Assembly (NCBI GenBank): GCA_051362555.1
Contig: CM120648.1
Span: forward strand, 9,792,587 to 9,856,586
From: Lingula anatina
Lineage: Eukaryota > Animalia > Brachiopoda
DNA length: 64,000 nt
Direction of reading: 5' to 3'
Under the pieces are notes generated by a model. It was given only the letters and a program-made list of their open reading frames with translations. It had not been told where the DNA came from and did not search any database. The translations under genes and the position numbers were made by a program. This document shows, in pieces, positions 12,801 to 23,568 of this stretch. Position 1 is the stretch's first letter, and each line of letters begins with the position of its first letter.

Positions 12801-13639
12801 AGCAAATTACGATAAAGATATAACGATGATGATAATAAAAATTGCAAATAATCAAACAGATTAGGGACTGTTACTCTACTTATTCTTTCCCGAGTTTATG
12901 TTAACATTTTAATATAATTAGTGTCAGCAGTTCTGTGTTGGTTTTATGGTCTTAGACTGCCGTTATCGTAAATACATGAACCTTAGCTCAACTGTTATGT
13001 TGCTATTTGTTATTGTTTAGTATACATGTACCACACATCCGCACACGTTCTTTTTTTCTCCAGGGTATAGATCAGGAGCTTTGTCCCCTTGGGTATGTTC
13101 CAGATGACCAGGGCTGCCGCCCTATTCTGTATAATTTCTCGGTATTAAAGTCAACGGTTTACTTGCATTTTGAACCCTGCGGCTGGATTCCAACAGCGGG
13201 GGGTGGTTGTACGAATATAGTCCGTGATGATCGAATGGGAAATGTACTGCAAACCGTGGGTGCGCGTATTGTTTCCTGTAGTCCGAAACACAGCGGGGAG
13301 AACTCGTCCGTCACTTTCCTCGTTCAAACATTGCTCGTCCTTCACGCGAGACTTGCAAACTACGAGGAAGGTCGTAAAGTTTTCGATCAAGTACGAGTAT
13401 GGATAGAAAATACTCTGCGAAATGTGCAGTTGGATATTCCCGGTGGACCCGTAGGGATACGTACAGCGTCGTTCTCTGCCTGCTCGGCGAACGCCACGAA
13501 AGACGGCTCCTCGACGCCATTTTATGGTGCGACCACGATCTCAACCCCAAAGCACAACCGAGGAAACATTCAAGCCGGTAGCAAAGGACTTTTGATGCTA
13601 ATGGCGATGGCGGCAGCCGCGTGGGATTTCCAGGTATGA
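9884..13639 (+). CDS. Secreted, likely GPI-anchored mucin-like/somatomedin-B + Cys-rich protein, copy 2 (exons 9884-11747, 12687-12793, 13064-13639)
   Basis: Same structure and splice phases as copy 1. Exon 2 reads DQSSASSNSKFDGFSFRSLL..MDL and the protein ends ..MAMAAAAWDFQV*. Confidence 0.8.
10085..10700 (+). repeat. Coding 45-bp minisatellite, 13 full units + 1 partial
   Basis: Same unit as 441-790; six extra units relative to copy 1. Confidence 0.95.
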
Positions 13640-13847
13640 AAAAAAGTAGCCCATTAAAGGAAAAATACAAGATTGGGCATTGCTTTGGCTATGTGAATAA
13701 ATACATGGATATTTTTATATTAGTTATTGTAATTTTACATCTTTGTTTAGTTAGATAATAACGGTTTTATTATCTGTTTTTTTTGGTCCAGAATTTTGAC
13801 ATTTGAAAGCCACCTATTTTGCATTCTGAATGTTGAGGGTATTTATG

Positions 13848-14900
13848 GGGCATTCCGTGGTATTCGTTTTGCATTACGGACGGAATTTTGACACTTTAAA
13901 AATAAATTCTACAAAATCTATAATACATACATTCTTCAAATTTGGCAGGAATATTGATTAGTGCAAGCGTAAACTTGTGACAAAAATCTTGAAATAACAT
14001 TTATTAGTATTTGAGAAATATTGGTTATTGATCACCATTACGGACAGAAAAAAGTGGACAAGCATTTTCATTAATCAACTTCAACTTCAAAACTCTGCTC
14101 TGTTTGTGGCTTTTTAAACATAAAACTGCATTGACATGACAATTTCATTATTCTAGTTACTAGAAATGTAAAAGGTTATTTTAATTTTTTTTGTTATGAA
14201 ATTTTTGAAGTTTAAAAAAATCATGTCAGATTACGGACGGAAAATTACGGACGGAAAATTTGTCCACAGTGCAAAACTTACACAGAAGCCATTAAAAAAG
14301 TACAATTAATCATTTATTCATGGTAAAAGTTAACTATTTACTAAATATGTACATAATAGGAAGTTATTTTTGATGTCAACTCTAATATTTTTGTGAGCTA
14401 TTTCAAATTACAAAAATCAACTACAGTCTACACTTTCAGGAATAAGAGATTCCTTGTGTTCTCATATTGTCGGTTTAAAATTCTGTGTTGAATGTTCATT
14501 CAGAATAGCTACATTTTATAAGTCTTTTTTTTATGCTAAAGTTTAAACACTTTGTTTTTATTCTGACACATTAAGACCAACAGAGAATTTGTATCTCTGG
14601 CATTGGTCCATCACAGGGAATGGTACAGGTTTGATGATTTGGTCACTGGAAATCCACGCTCTGTCTTCTTGAAAAGGAAAGGCAAATAGTTTTTTTTGAC
14701 TTGTCCTTTGCTCGGAGGAAAGTTACTTCTATATCACCACCATCTATGAATATAATTTGACCTAAATAAATGTTCTGAGGATATAGAATAATTTCAGGTA
14801 AGTGGCATGGTGCCAGATCAAAGGCCTGGCCTCTAGTCATCTTTGATTAATTGCGGTCAGTAATTATCTTAACTGCTCATCTTCCAGGTATATGCAACTT
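13848..14900 (-). mobile_element. Decayed DNA-transposon remnant
   Basis: Absent from copy 1 of the duplication. Contains repeated subterminal-type motif ttacggac(gg) at 13873, 14038, 14231 and 14246. A frameshifted minus-strand peptide IYLGQIIFIDGGDIEVTFLR../LFAFPFQEDRAWISSDQII resembles C-terminal domains of invertebrate transposases (recognition only). Confidence 0.45.
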
Positions 14901-15536
14901 GTATATGGCAGGTAACGGATCAAAAGCACATTTTATCTTCAAATTGCAATCAAAGTAACTGAAAATATCCAGGAGAAGCCATGATCATAATTGATCCTTA
15001 AGGTGCAGTTCAAATGCCACTAATTGACAAGTGAGACAGATGTTGACAAGTCTTGCCAGGTAAGAAAAAGCACTTTGCAAATAGAGATAAAACCTTTTGA
15101 TTAAAATGTAATTATGTCACTGGATTATCATTATTAGTGTTGGGTCTGGGGATTGGATGACATGCCTCTTTTTCTGTCAGAGTATGAAGAATACTAGGCC
15201 TAAACAAGAAGTTACAACTTCTTGGCCTACACGATTGATATCTCAACTCTTCTAATAATAACTGATAGGCCTATCATATCCAAGTAAAGGATTCCTTCAA
15301 ACATGGATTCCCCAGGAATTCCCCAGTGTGAGCTATTGTAACAGGTAATTCTATTGGTCAATGCACATGCTAAACATAGCTCAACACATAAGAGAAATCC
15401 TACAGAGTTGAGTAAATTCCTATTATTTGAGAAAATTCTTGGCTTAGGAAATTCTTAAGGTACTTTGTGCATACCACTTAATGGGTTTCCTCAGCTAAGA
15501 ATTTTCTTATGAAGTTAAGGAGAATTTTTCACTTAA

Positions 15537-15873
15537 AGGGATAATAACTCTTCGTTTCGGCCAAAAAATGAATTTTCCTGGAGTAAACAACAATTTTCCC
15601 ATACTGACCAATGGTTAATGAAACCATTTTTACATTCAAAGTTAGTCCCTGGTTTTTTTCTAAAAAGTTTGGTTTTTTGTTAAAATCTCTTAAGAGATTT
15701 TAACAGAGTATAGCCATCAATGGAGGTCACGTGGTCTAAAGACAAGCTCAGATATCAGAAAAAAAGCTATAACTGCCATTTTTGTGGTAAAACAGAATAT
15801 ATTATATTTCTAAGAGTTATTCACAATGTTTTTATTGTGAAATATAGATCTCATACGAAGAGTTATTATCCCT
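15537..15873. mobile_element. Kolobok-type MITE (TTAA TSD), nested inside another MITE-like element
   Basis: TTAA|AGGGATAATAACTCTTCGT...ACGAAGAGTTATTATCCCT|TTAA: 19-bp perfect TIR with AGG..CCT termini. Flanks (15380-15536, 15874-15907, ending tgtgcatacgggggccag) look like an interrupted second element. Confidence 0.85.
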
Positions 15874-16777
15874 TTAAGATAAGGATGTTTTGTGCATACG
15901 GGGCCAGAGACTGAACTATAAAGGTACAAGTGACTTTGATTAAGCTTAGATCTGTTATATATTATTGTGCATTACTCAAAGTTTTTCTTCCACCTCCGTA
16001 ATTTGAGAAATATTCGTCATTGCTACGGTCAGCTTTATATAAGTTTTCTTTAGGCAATCATCACATTTTTGAAGCAATGGTTATATCTGTATCTTTCGAA
16101 AAGCTCCTTAATTAAGCAAGTGTGCACTGTATGTGTCTATCAATAACATACATGTTGCGTAAAATTGATCTTTGCGAACGAATTATTAATTTCAGAGTGT
16201 TAACTATTGAAGCGAATTTATATGTTGTAGTATAACTTTAGAATGGGACATTTTAAGCATGTTCTCAGTACTGATGCCGAGAATTACCCAAAAGCAAGAC
16301 AATAATTTCGCATTAAACGGTTATTATATTATATTATATTATATTATATTATATTATATTATATAATGGTGCTCATTAACCCTATCAATACATCTATCAT
16401 ATAGAATCGATGTTCATGTATACCTATCCTTGTATTTCACCAATAATAATATTGTTAACCTGTAGTAACTTTACTTCGTTTCAGTGTTATGAATAAAGAA
16501 AACATTAATTACCCTTTCTCTGTTGATATTCATTTGGTTTTATTTCTATTTCAACTTAAACATGTATGAAAACAAAAAAAACCTATTTAACCAGCACAAA
16601 ACTTTGAGAATAATGAAACGAAATGCGCTGAGAACGTCCACAAAATGAAGAAGCACACAGGTATTTTTTGAAAAAAAAAAAAAAAAAAGAGAGCATTCAT
16701 GAAAATATTTTTTTAAAATACGTTATTTTACAGATTTCAGTTATTATCACGTTTAATAGAACCTATAATAAATTATA

Positions 16778-18277
16778 CTAATTCGTTAAAAAATATCCGA
16801 ACTGCTGGTCAATCCTGTCCAAAACCCGGCCCAGTTTGAAGAGATCCACAATTACATTACCATTCCGTGTTTCCGCTTTATTATAAATTCTCCAATACGA
16901 CTGATTCAACATATTGCACATGGACCAAAAGATGGTGTGAGCGATTCCCTGGGGCATAGGGTTACCTGCGCCATCTGACGGAAGTATTTCTACAACACTG
17001 ACGTCGCTTGAGGCAAAATTTAGATTATAGAGGGCGCCTCCGTGAACACCAATCATTAAGCGCGCACGCCCAAAAACGCTCACAGATGTTGTGAGGTTGT
17101 ACCTTCCCGGGTAGACTATAATTTTCTCCTTCCCGTATCTTTTTTCTAGAAACGCCTGTACTTCTATCTGATTCAGCATGTTTCTTCCCCCATTATGACT
17201 CTGTTTTCTGGTTAACAAAATGACATATGCCTCCTCACGAGGTACAGGGAGTTTTTCAGGAGCGTTCATAAGTTTGTGTGCATTTTGCCACAGGGTCGGG
17301 TGTAATGGCGGCGTTATACACGTGTAGATCATCTTCCTTGCTGTATAAATTCCACCAGCGTGGAAAAGAATCATATCTTTTTCGATACCAAGTGCTCCCA
17401 AGATCTCCAATATAATTTTATCTCTGTTGCGAGGTATCAAGATTTTTACGCCTTTGTTCCGCAACAGATCATGGGCTTGGACAATCTTGGGCAGAACACC
17501 GTCTAAGAAATGTTGGAAGGAGGATCCACCGGGGACAATCAGTGGGCACAAAACATCAAAATGGACAGCTGCAGGCGAGGATAAGTTTTCTGATTTTATT
17601 TCATCAAAAACACTCTCCCAGCCACACCCAGGAGGGCGGAACGAGCCATGGAAGACGCCATTGTCAACAATCCGTATAACGCCTCTAAGCTGTCTGTCCT
17701 TCTGTTGCATAAGTTGAACGTTGTGTGGATGTTTGCGGAATTTTTGTAAGTCCTCCTCGTCCACGCAGTTCGGTTCGGCCATTTTGAATGCGTCATATTT
17801 AAATCTCAATGCTTTGGGGAATGTTGCAGTTGAAAGCGGTTGGCTGCGTCCAACTAGAGGGAAACTTATTTCCGTTTGCTGCGCATGATTTTGGAATTTG
17901 TGGACTCCATAAGCTTGCTGGGACACCTCTTTTTTAAGAACGTGTTTACTGTCCTGATTGCTTAAATAGCCGCCTTTAGTGCGCATGCTGTCTACATCAA
18001 CTGAGTTCCACATGTCGGAAGCGACCTCAGGATCCCGTGACTTATCTGCATCGTGGTTTATAATCGCGTCGTCTGATTGACTTCTGCTTCTTTTAAAATA
18101 AACCAACCGAGATTGAGAGTAGGCTTTCAAGGCGTCATACTGCTCATTATTCCCCAAATCGGACACACTTCTGTTGAAAGTGATGACAAAAACCCCGGTC
18201 AAGTGGATTTGCACCAAGATGTAGACTAACACCGTCACGTAGACCGCTTGAAGGAGGGGTGCATTTTTAGAAGACAT
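16778..18277 (-). CDS. Type II membrane glycosyltransferase, GT61/DUF563-like, copy 2 (intact, intronless CDS, 499 aa)
   Basis: ATG 18277 is followed by a TM segment (LLQAVYVTVLVYILVQIHLTGVFVITF). GT61-type motifs: FQHFLDGVLPK, LLTR..GRNMLN..EV, ARLMIGVHGGALYNLNF, VVEI. A splice acceptor at 18368-18370 implies upstream UTR exons. Confidence 0.85.
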   Translation of the reverse strand: MSSKNAPLLQAVYVTVLVYILVQIHLTGVFVITFNRSVSDLGNNEQYDALKAYSQSRLVYFKRSRSQSDDAIINHDADKSRDPEVASDMWNSVDVDSMRTKGGYLSNQDSKHVLKKEVSQQAYGVHKFQNHAQQTEISFPLVGRSQPLSTATFPKALRFKYDAFKMAEPNCVDEEDLQKFRKHPHNVQLMQQKDRQLRGVIRIVDNGVFHGSFRPPGCGWESVFDEIKSENLSSPAAVHFDVLCPLIVPGGSSFQHFLDGVLPKIVQAHDLLRNKGVKILIPRNRDKIILEILGALGIEKDMILFHAGGIYTARKMIYTCITPPLHPTLWQNAHKLMNAPEKLPVPREEAYVILLTRKQSHNGGRNMLNQIEVQAFLEKRYGKEKIIVYPGRYNLTTSVSVFGRARLMIGVHGGALYNLNFASSDVSVVEILPSDGAGNPMPQGIAHTIFWSMCNMLNQSYWRIYNKAETRNGNVIVDLFKLGRVLDRIDQQFGYFLTN

Positions 18278-18826
18278 CTTCAGGGTCGTCAATGGCTGGA
18301 TTGGGTTGGCAAAAACTTGCTACAGAAACCGCTGTATGGCCTTTGAACGGACAGAAACCCGGTTCTCCTGCAAGATAAGTCAGAGAAATAATATAAAAAA
18401 GTATAAATTTACTGAACCAGAACGTCATATGTTATAGGTATTGGTGCCGACTAAAATACCCGTACCTAAGATTTTTTAAAAATTTTCTCACGAATTTATG
18501 TAATAAGTAAGTATAGTGCAATTTTGACATCATCATTACAAAGCTTCGTACTCGTTATGAGACATCATGGACTGCTTAGGGATGTCATTGAAGGCAGGTT
18601 AATGGTAAAAGAGGCGAAAGAAGAAAGAGAATGACAATGTTCGACCACCGGCGCAAGAAGAGAGAAAACGATCTGAAAGTTTTGGTGAGATCAAACGAAG
18701 GACTGCAGATCGAGACGGATGGTGTGGGAGACGCTAAACCTACCTCGCAGCAAACAAGCAAGAAGAAGAAGAAGAAGAAGAATGAATTGCGTTTACGGGT
18801 AGGAATTACGACTTTTTAATTGTATA

Positions 18827-19095
18827 CAGTGTCGGATTAAGGGGGGGGGGGTTCAGGGGGGTCCTAACCCCCTTGATTTCTGAAAAAAAATCACACCTGT
18901 GGTCTCCTATTGAAATTAGAATTTTGACTAACTGAATCACAGTTCTAAACAGTATCAAATGGCACCGTTTGCCCTCTAAAATACCAAAAATTTTCGGGAC
19001 ACTTCACTGGGCCCCGAACCCTACGTCAAGAGGGGGGAGGCGGTTTGGCTTTGCATCCGCGTACCTCCCTTCAAATAATCCTGGATCAGCCCCTG
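18827..19095. mobile_element. MITE of the CAGTGxCGGATT..GGATCxxCCCCTG family, 5-bp TSD (GTATA/GTATG)
   Basis: Termini and interior are shared with the copies at 21361 and 32712. Confidence 0.75.
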
Positions 19096-19910
19096 GTATG
19101 ACCAAGTAGCAACTACAAAGTTTGCCTTAAATTAAGGTGAATAAAGAGAACGCGGGATTCCCCTTTTTCTCAGTCTGTATTTTTGCCCTCGCCAAGGAGG
19201 TTGTTTTCACCCCTGTTTGTTTGTTTGTTTGTTTGTCTGTATATTATCTGCATTTAGTGAAAACGTAAGCCATTTACTTTACAACAAAGGAATACAATCT
19301 ACTAATACAATACTTCGTTATCTACTGAAGCATAAATTCAACAAATATCAACAAATCAAATTAATTTTCATTTCATAATAATAATAATAATAATTATAAT
19401 TTTACACGTATTGTTTGAAACGTTTGTAGCAAAGATTGGGCCTCAGGAACATGGTCAATTATGTTAGAGAGGTATAAAACATAACAAACCTCAATTTATA
19501 AAAGACCTGATGCTACAGCCACGAAAAAAAAAACTCATTATTTTAACTAAAAGGGTTTTACTTAAGAAAGGTACAGGGATATTTTGAACCATCTTCGCAA
19601 ATGGCAGAGCATGCACCTTTTAATATCAAGAAAGATCAAGAAGGTAAAGCGTCAAAACAAATGGTTCTGACTACGTAAGGAGAGGGCTGATTACACGGTG
19701 CACGGCCGGGGTGTCATAAATCTTGCTTTTATCGGTCTTTTCGTCTACATGTCGAAAAGACCCCGGCGTTTATTTCAGTAAGAAATTCTATCTGTCGAGT
19801 GCCACAGGTACATGTGCTGGTAGAGCATTTACGGGTAAATATACATTCCACCAAAAAATTAGGAAACATCGTTATTTTGAATTATCATAAAAGACCTGTG
19901 AGCTAAGGTA

Positions 19911-20160
19911 AATATTTTCACTATATTTTCATGGATAATGCACCCATCGTTACTTTTTACAAACACTGAAGAATTTCCCACTGCATTTCATAGCTTAAAA
20001 AAAGATCTAATGTTTCTGAACCTTTTGGTCGAGTGAATATTTTCACTATATTTTCATGGATAATGCACCCATCGTTACTTTTTACAAACACTGAAGAATT
20101 TCCCACTGCATTTCATAGTTTAAAAAAAGATCTAATGTTTCCGAACCTTTTGGTCGAGTG
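19911..20160 (+). repeat. Direct tandem duplication, ~125-bp unit x2
   Basis: aatattttcactatattttcatggataatgcaccc...ccttttggtcgagtg occurs twice, nearly identical. Confidence 0.9.
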
Positions 20161-21360
20161 TATAAACCAAGAAAAGGTACTAATACTACTTATTTTAATA
20201 CTTACTTATTATTGAACTCCCGTGTTTGCTGCCCGATCAGGGCTCCGTAACTCGTAAGTATCGCAAATTGCGACCAAGCGAAAGCGTCTCGATTCCATAA
20301 CTCTGCATATACTCGCACCATATAGACCCTAATAGCCTCGAAATGGGGCCCAGGACTGAAGGTGTGTTTAGGGAAAATTAGACATCAATTTATGATATTA
20401 CCTACAAGATTTCGGTTGCAGTTATAAATATGTGTACATGATTATGCAAAATTACGAGTTACCAATATCATCTTTATTCAAAAATAAAGCATAAGTTTTA
20501 CATGTTTATAATGTTTTGAGTAGTTTCAGTGTGATTTCAGTAGGTCTAATGAGTTCAAGTATCTACTTAGTTTACACGAGGGTCGCTATGATGCAACATC
20601 CTTCACCCATGGAGCATTATTTCATTTCTCTTTCAAAGGCTTCCCCGGCATGCTAGGAATATTTTTAATCCTGACTAAAACATGTAATGTATCTTGGTCA
20701 TAAATACCTTTAAAATGGTGAATCCATCATGGGACTGCAACTAAATAGTATTTCACACTTCAGAATTCGCACATTTGCCATGTGATACACGTCCCTGCGA
20801 AAGACAAGTGACTACGTCTTTCTCTTTATGTCCTCACGCGCTTGAGCACACTCCTTGCGGCTAACGCGATAACTTGTCCATTTCCCGATCCGCTTGGTGT
20901 CACCCTGGCCGGGGGGTGCTGTCGGTCGTTCGTCACGAGGGAAAGATAGCGCTCTTTGGGTCAATACACAGAAGGGGATTCTCTAAATCGTGTCGGTCAG
21001 GCACATATTTTGTGTTCTCTTTTAATATGTTAATATATAATTCTGACTTGCCCAATTATGTTTTATTGCTATAGTGCCCACCACTTACAAAAAAGGACAT
21101 TAATTTAAACGTGATATAAAACGGTTATGTAAATATTACACACACAATCTGTGCGACTGACGTGTTTCAAAGAATCACTCTTTTTATGTACTGCATAGCG
21201 TTGTATCAGTGAGTGGCCGTTATTATGATAATATTGTAGCAAATATTCTTTTTCTCTCATCCACTTGTGAAGCTGCAGCTCGAGAGACGGGATCAATGTT
21301 TTGGTTGTGCTTCTTTTTTTCTCCTCCTCTCACGACGTCAACTGCTCTGCACTACAATAG

Positions 21361-21491
21361 CAGTGACGGATTTAGGGGGGTGTCAGGGGGGTCCTGGCCC
21401 CCCTTTCGATTTATGGACCCCACGTCAATTGGGGGGGAGGTCGGGTTCGCATCCACGGACCCCCCTTCAAATAATCCTGGATCTACCCCTG
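21361..21491. mobile_element. Short copy of the same MITE family, TSD AATAG/AGTAG
   Basis: CAGTGACGGATTTAGGGGGG...AATAATCCTGGATCTACCCCTG. Confidence 0.75.
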
Positions 21492-21646
21492 AGTAGTATG
21501 GCACAGCAACTATAAATACTTACAAAACTATGTATTGTTAGTGATTTTCAGATAAATAAATAAGTAAATTAACATGTCGATGACAGAAAACCAGCGTTAT
21601 ACGCGTATACTGCGAAATGCGGGCGTTTCCTGTACACCGCCAACCT

Positions 21647-22197
21647 CAGGCCTACCCAACTACCAGACTCGGTACCTAAGGGTCCTGAATTAACCGGTAC
21701 ATCGGACCACGCTACCCGTTTTCAAGGTGTGTGTCAGATTGCATTTCGGAGTATCAGCCAGAACACCGACAGGATGAGCCCTGGCATGCTCGGCTGTCAC
21801 CTTGATTTGATAGTAAACAATTGTCGTAAAATCGCTATATGATTTTAAAACCGGGTGCATAATTTTGAAAGCCACCTAGATGAACCTTAGACTGCCACAT
21901 TAATCTAATACAATGCAAAAAAGCCCTATCAAAAGTGGTTAAAACATTCAAACCGAATGTCGTAAAGTCCCCATATATCCCCATAGAGACAATAAAATAG
22001 AGTACTCTAAAGTAAGAGTACAGTTTAAGGTCGTTCAGCCGAGCGTGGATGAGCCCGCAGTCGTGCTACAAAATTTGTTCTGGGGTATGATACTCCGAAA
22101 TGCGATCTGACACACACCTTGAAAACGGGTAGCGTGGTCCGATATACCGGTTAATTCAGGATCCTTAGGTGCCGAGTCTGGTAGTTGGGTAGGCCTG
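21647..22197. mobile_element. Second copy (inverted) of the 551-bp MITE, 5-bp TSD AACCT
   Basis: Near-identical reverse complement of 4905-5455, flanked by AACCT at 21642-21646 and 22198-22202. Confidence 0.95.
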
Positions 22198-23470
22198 AAC
22201 CTGCATAAGAAATATACCACTTGAACACCTGGAGATAATTTGTGATTGAAAAATTAAAGGCTCAGCTAATTGCACAGTATATGTAACATTCGTGAAGAAT
22301 TATGCCATCTCCTCCCTGCAGGCGGATCGCGTGGTAACCTGACGTAACCACTGAAAGTGTAAACCAATGTCAAGAGAATACAAGAAATCAACGCACGATT
22401 TAACTTTATTTGGTGACATTGACGATTTAACTTTATTTGGTGACCTTGACGGAAGAATAACTAGTCGTGTATTTCTCAATTTTTTCTTTTCACAAGTGAA
22501 GGAGGGCATGTTTACTTATCCTTCATTTTGCTGCAACTTATAGACATATCAAAGTATAATCCTCTTAATAATAATAATAATAATAATAATATTAATAATA
22601 ATAATAATAATAATAATACCTTTAGTCGTATTTAATCGTTTCTGGCATACTGTTGAACTAGTAGGCTCCTTTGTTTGTCTTCCCGAAGAAGAAAAAAGAG
22701 GATATCTCACAGAATTCCGCCTTTGTGCCTGTCTACGTGTCTTCTTGCGTATATTTTGTTCGATTCAAACACGCAACAAACCAGTATTTATTAATAATTT
22801 GAAGACACAAATCTGCAAAATGTATACATTTTTGCTTTTTCTAGGTCAAAAGCTTAACATGAAATAGGTAAACTTTTTGCATGCCGGTAATTTAGTATAC
22901 CGTAGTCGCAGTGATTATTGTAAATACACAACGACAAAATTGCCTCGGTTCGTTTTGTACAATAGCAGACACTGAGGGCAAAGCGGGCAAATTGAGGGCA
23001 AATTGCTTGGTTTTTGTCTCGCTTTCATTGCAATATTTTTTCAGAGGTAGTAGAGAACAACCCCAAAGCTAATAAAAGGGGGGGGGGGGGGGGGGTGCGT
23101 GTCCCCCTCACTCTAGGTCAGCCATACTTCCTCCCCCTTGAGAGCGTTTTAGCACACCCTCCCTGAAAATCATTGAACATCACTAAACGTCGCTCGACAA
23201 ATGTTGAGTGATGTTCAGTGAAAAGCTGAAAGCGTTTTCACTGGGATTAATCGTATTATTGTCGATTACAAATATCTTGGATCACTGAGCTTTAAACAAA
23301 TTGGACATTCCCGTTTTTCAGGTTTCACTAAAACCCTATATGGTTCCACATTGATGGATAAAATGTACGTTAGCATCAATGTGAAGTCACACGCCCCCCT
23401 TACTTTACACACTAAATCAATGACTTCAGTAACTTGCTCAAGATATGCACTGGCTGTACCTTGTGCAGTG

Positions 23471-23568
23471 CCCAGCAGGCAAATGACATTGATTCTACGT
23501 TGATTCAACGTTGATCCACCAAAATTAACGTTGATTCAACGGTGGATCAATGTCATTTGTCTGCTGGG
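23471..23568. mobile_element. 98-bp palindromic MITE with CCCAG termini (EnSpm/CMC-like)
   Basis: CCCAGCAGGCAAATGACATTGAT...ATCAATGTCATTTGTCTGCTGGG with internal acgttgattcaacg repeats. A similar degenerate element lies at ~23161-23245. Confidence 0.7.

Larger units (their letters stand above)
1..18455. repeat. Tandem segmental duplication: ~1-6700 versus ~9655-18455
   Basis: Collinear homology through promoter, SMB exons and introns, intergenic (TA)n region, GT61 and the motif ggtattggtgccgacta (6681 vs 18436). Copy 2 carries ~2.2 kb of extra, TE-rich sequence at ~13825-16040. Confidence 0.95.

Noticed and set aside
1-18455. The duplication as an uncollapsed-haplotype assembly artefact
   Set aside because: The GT61 5' halves and exon-3 patches are too diverged for alleles, and each copy has private TEs. 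It cannot be fully excluded without reads.
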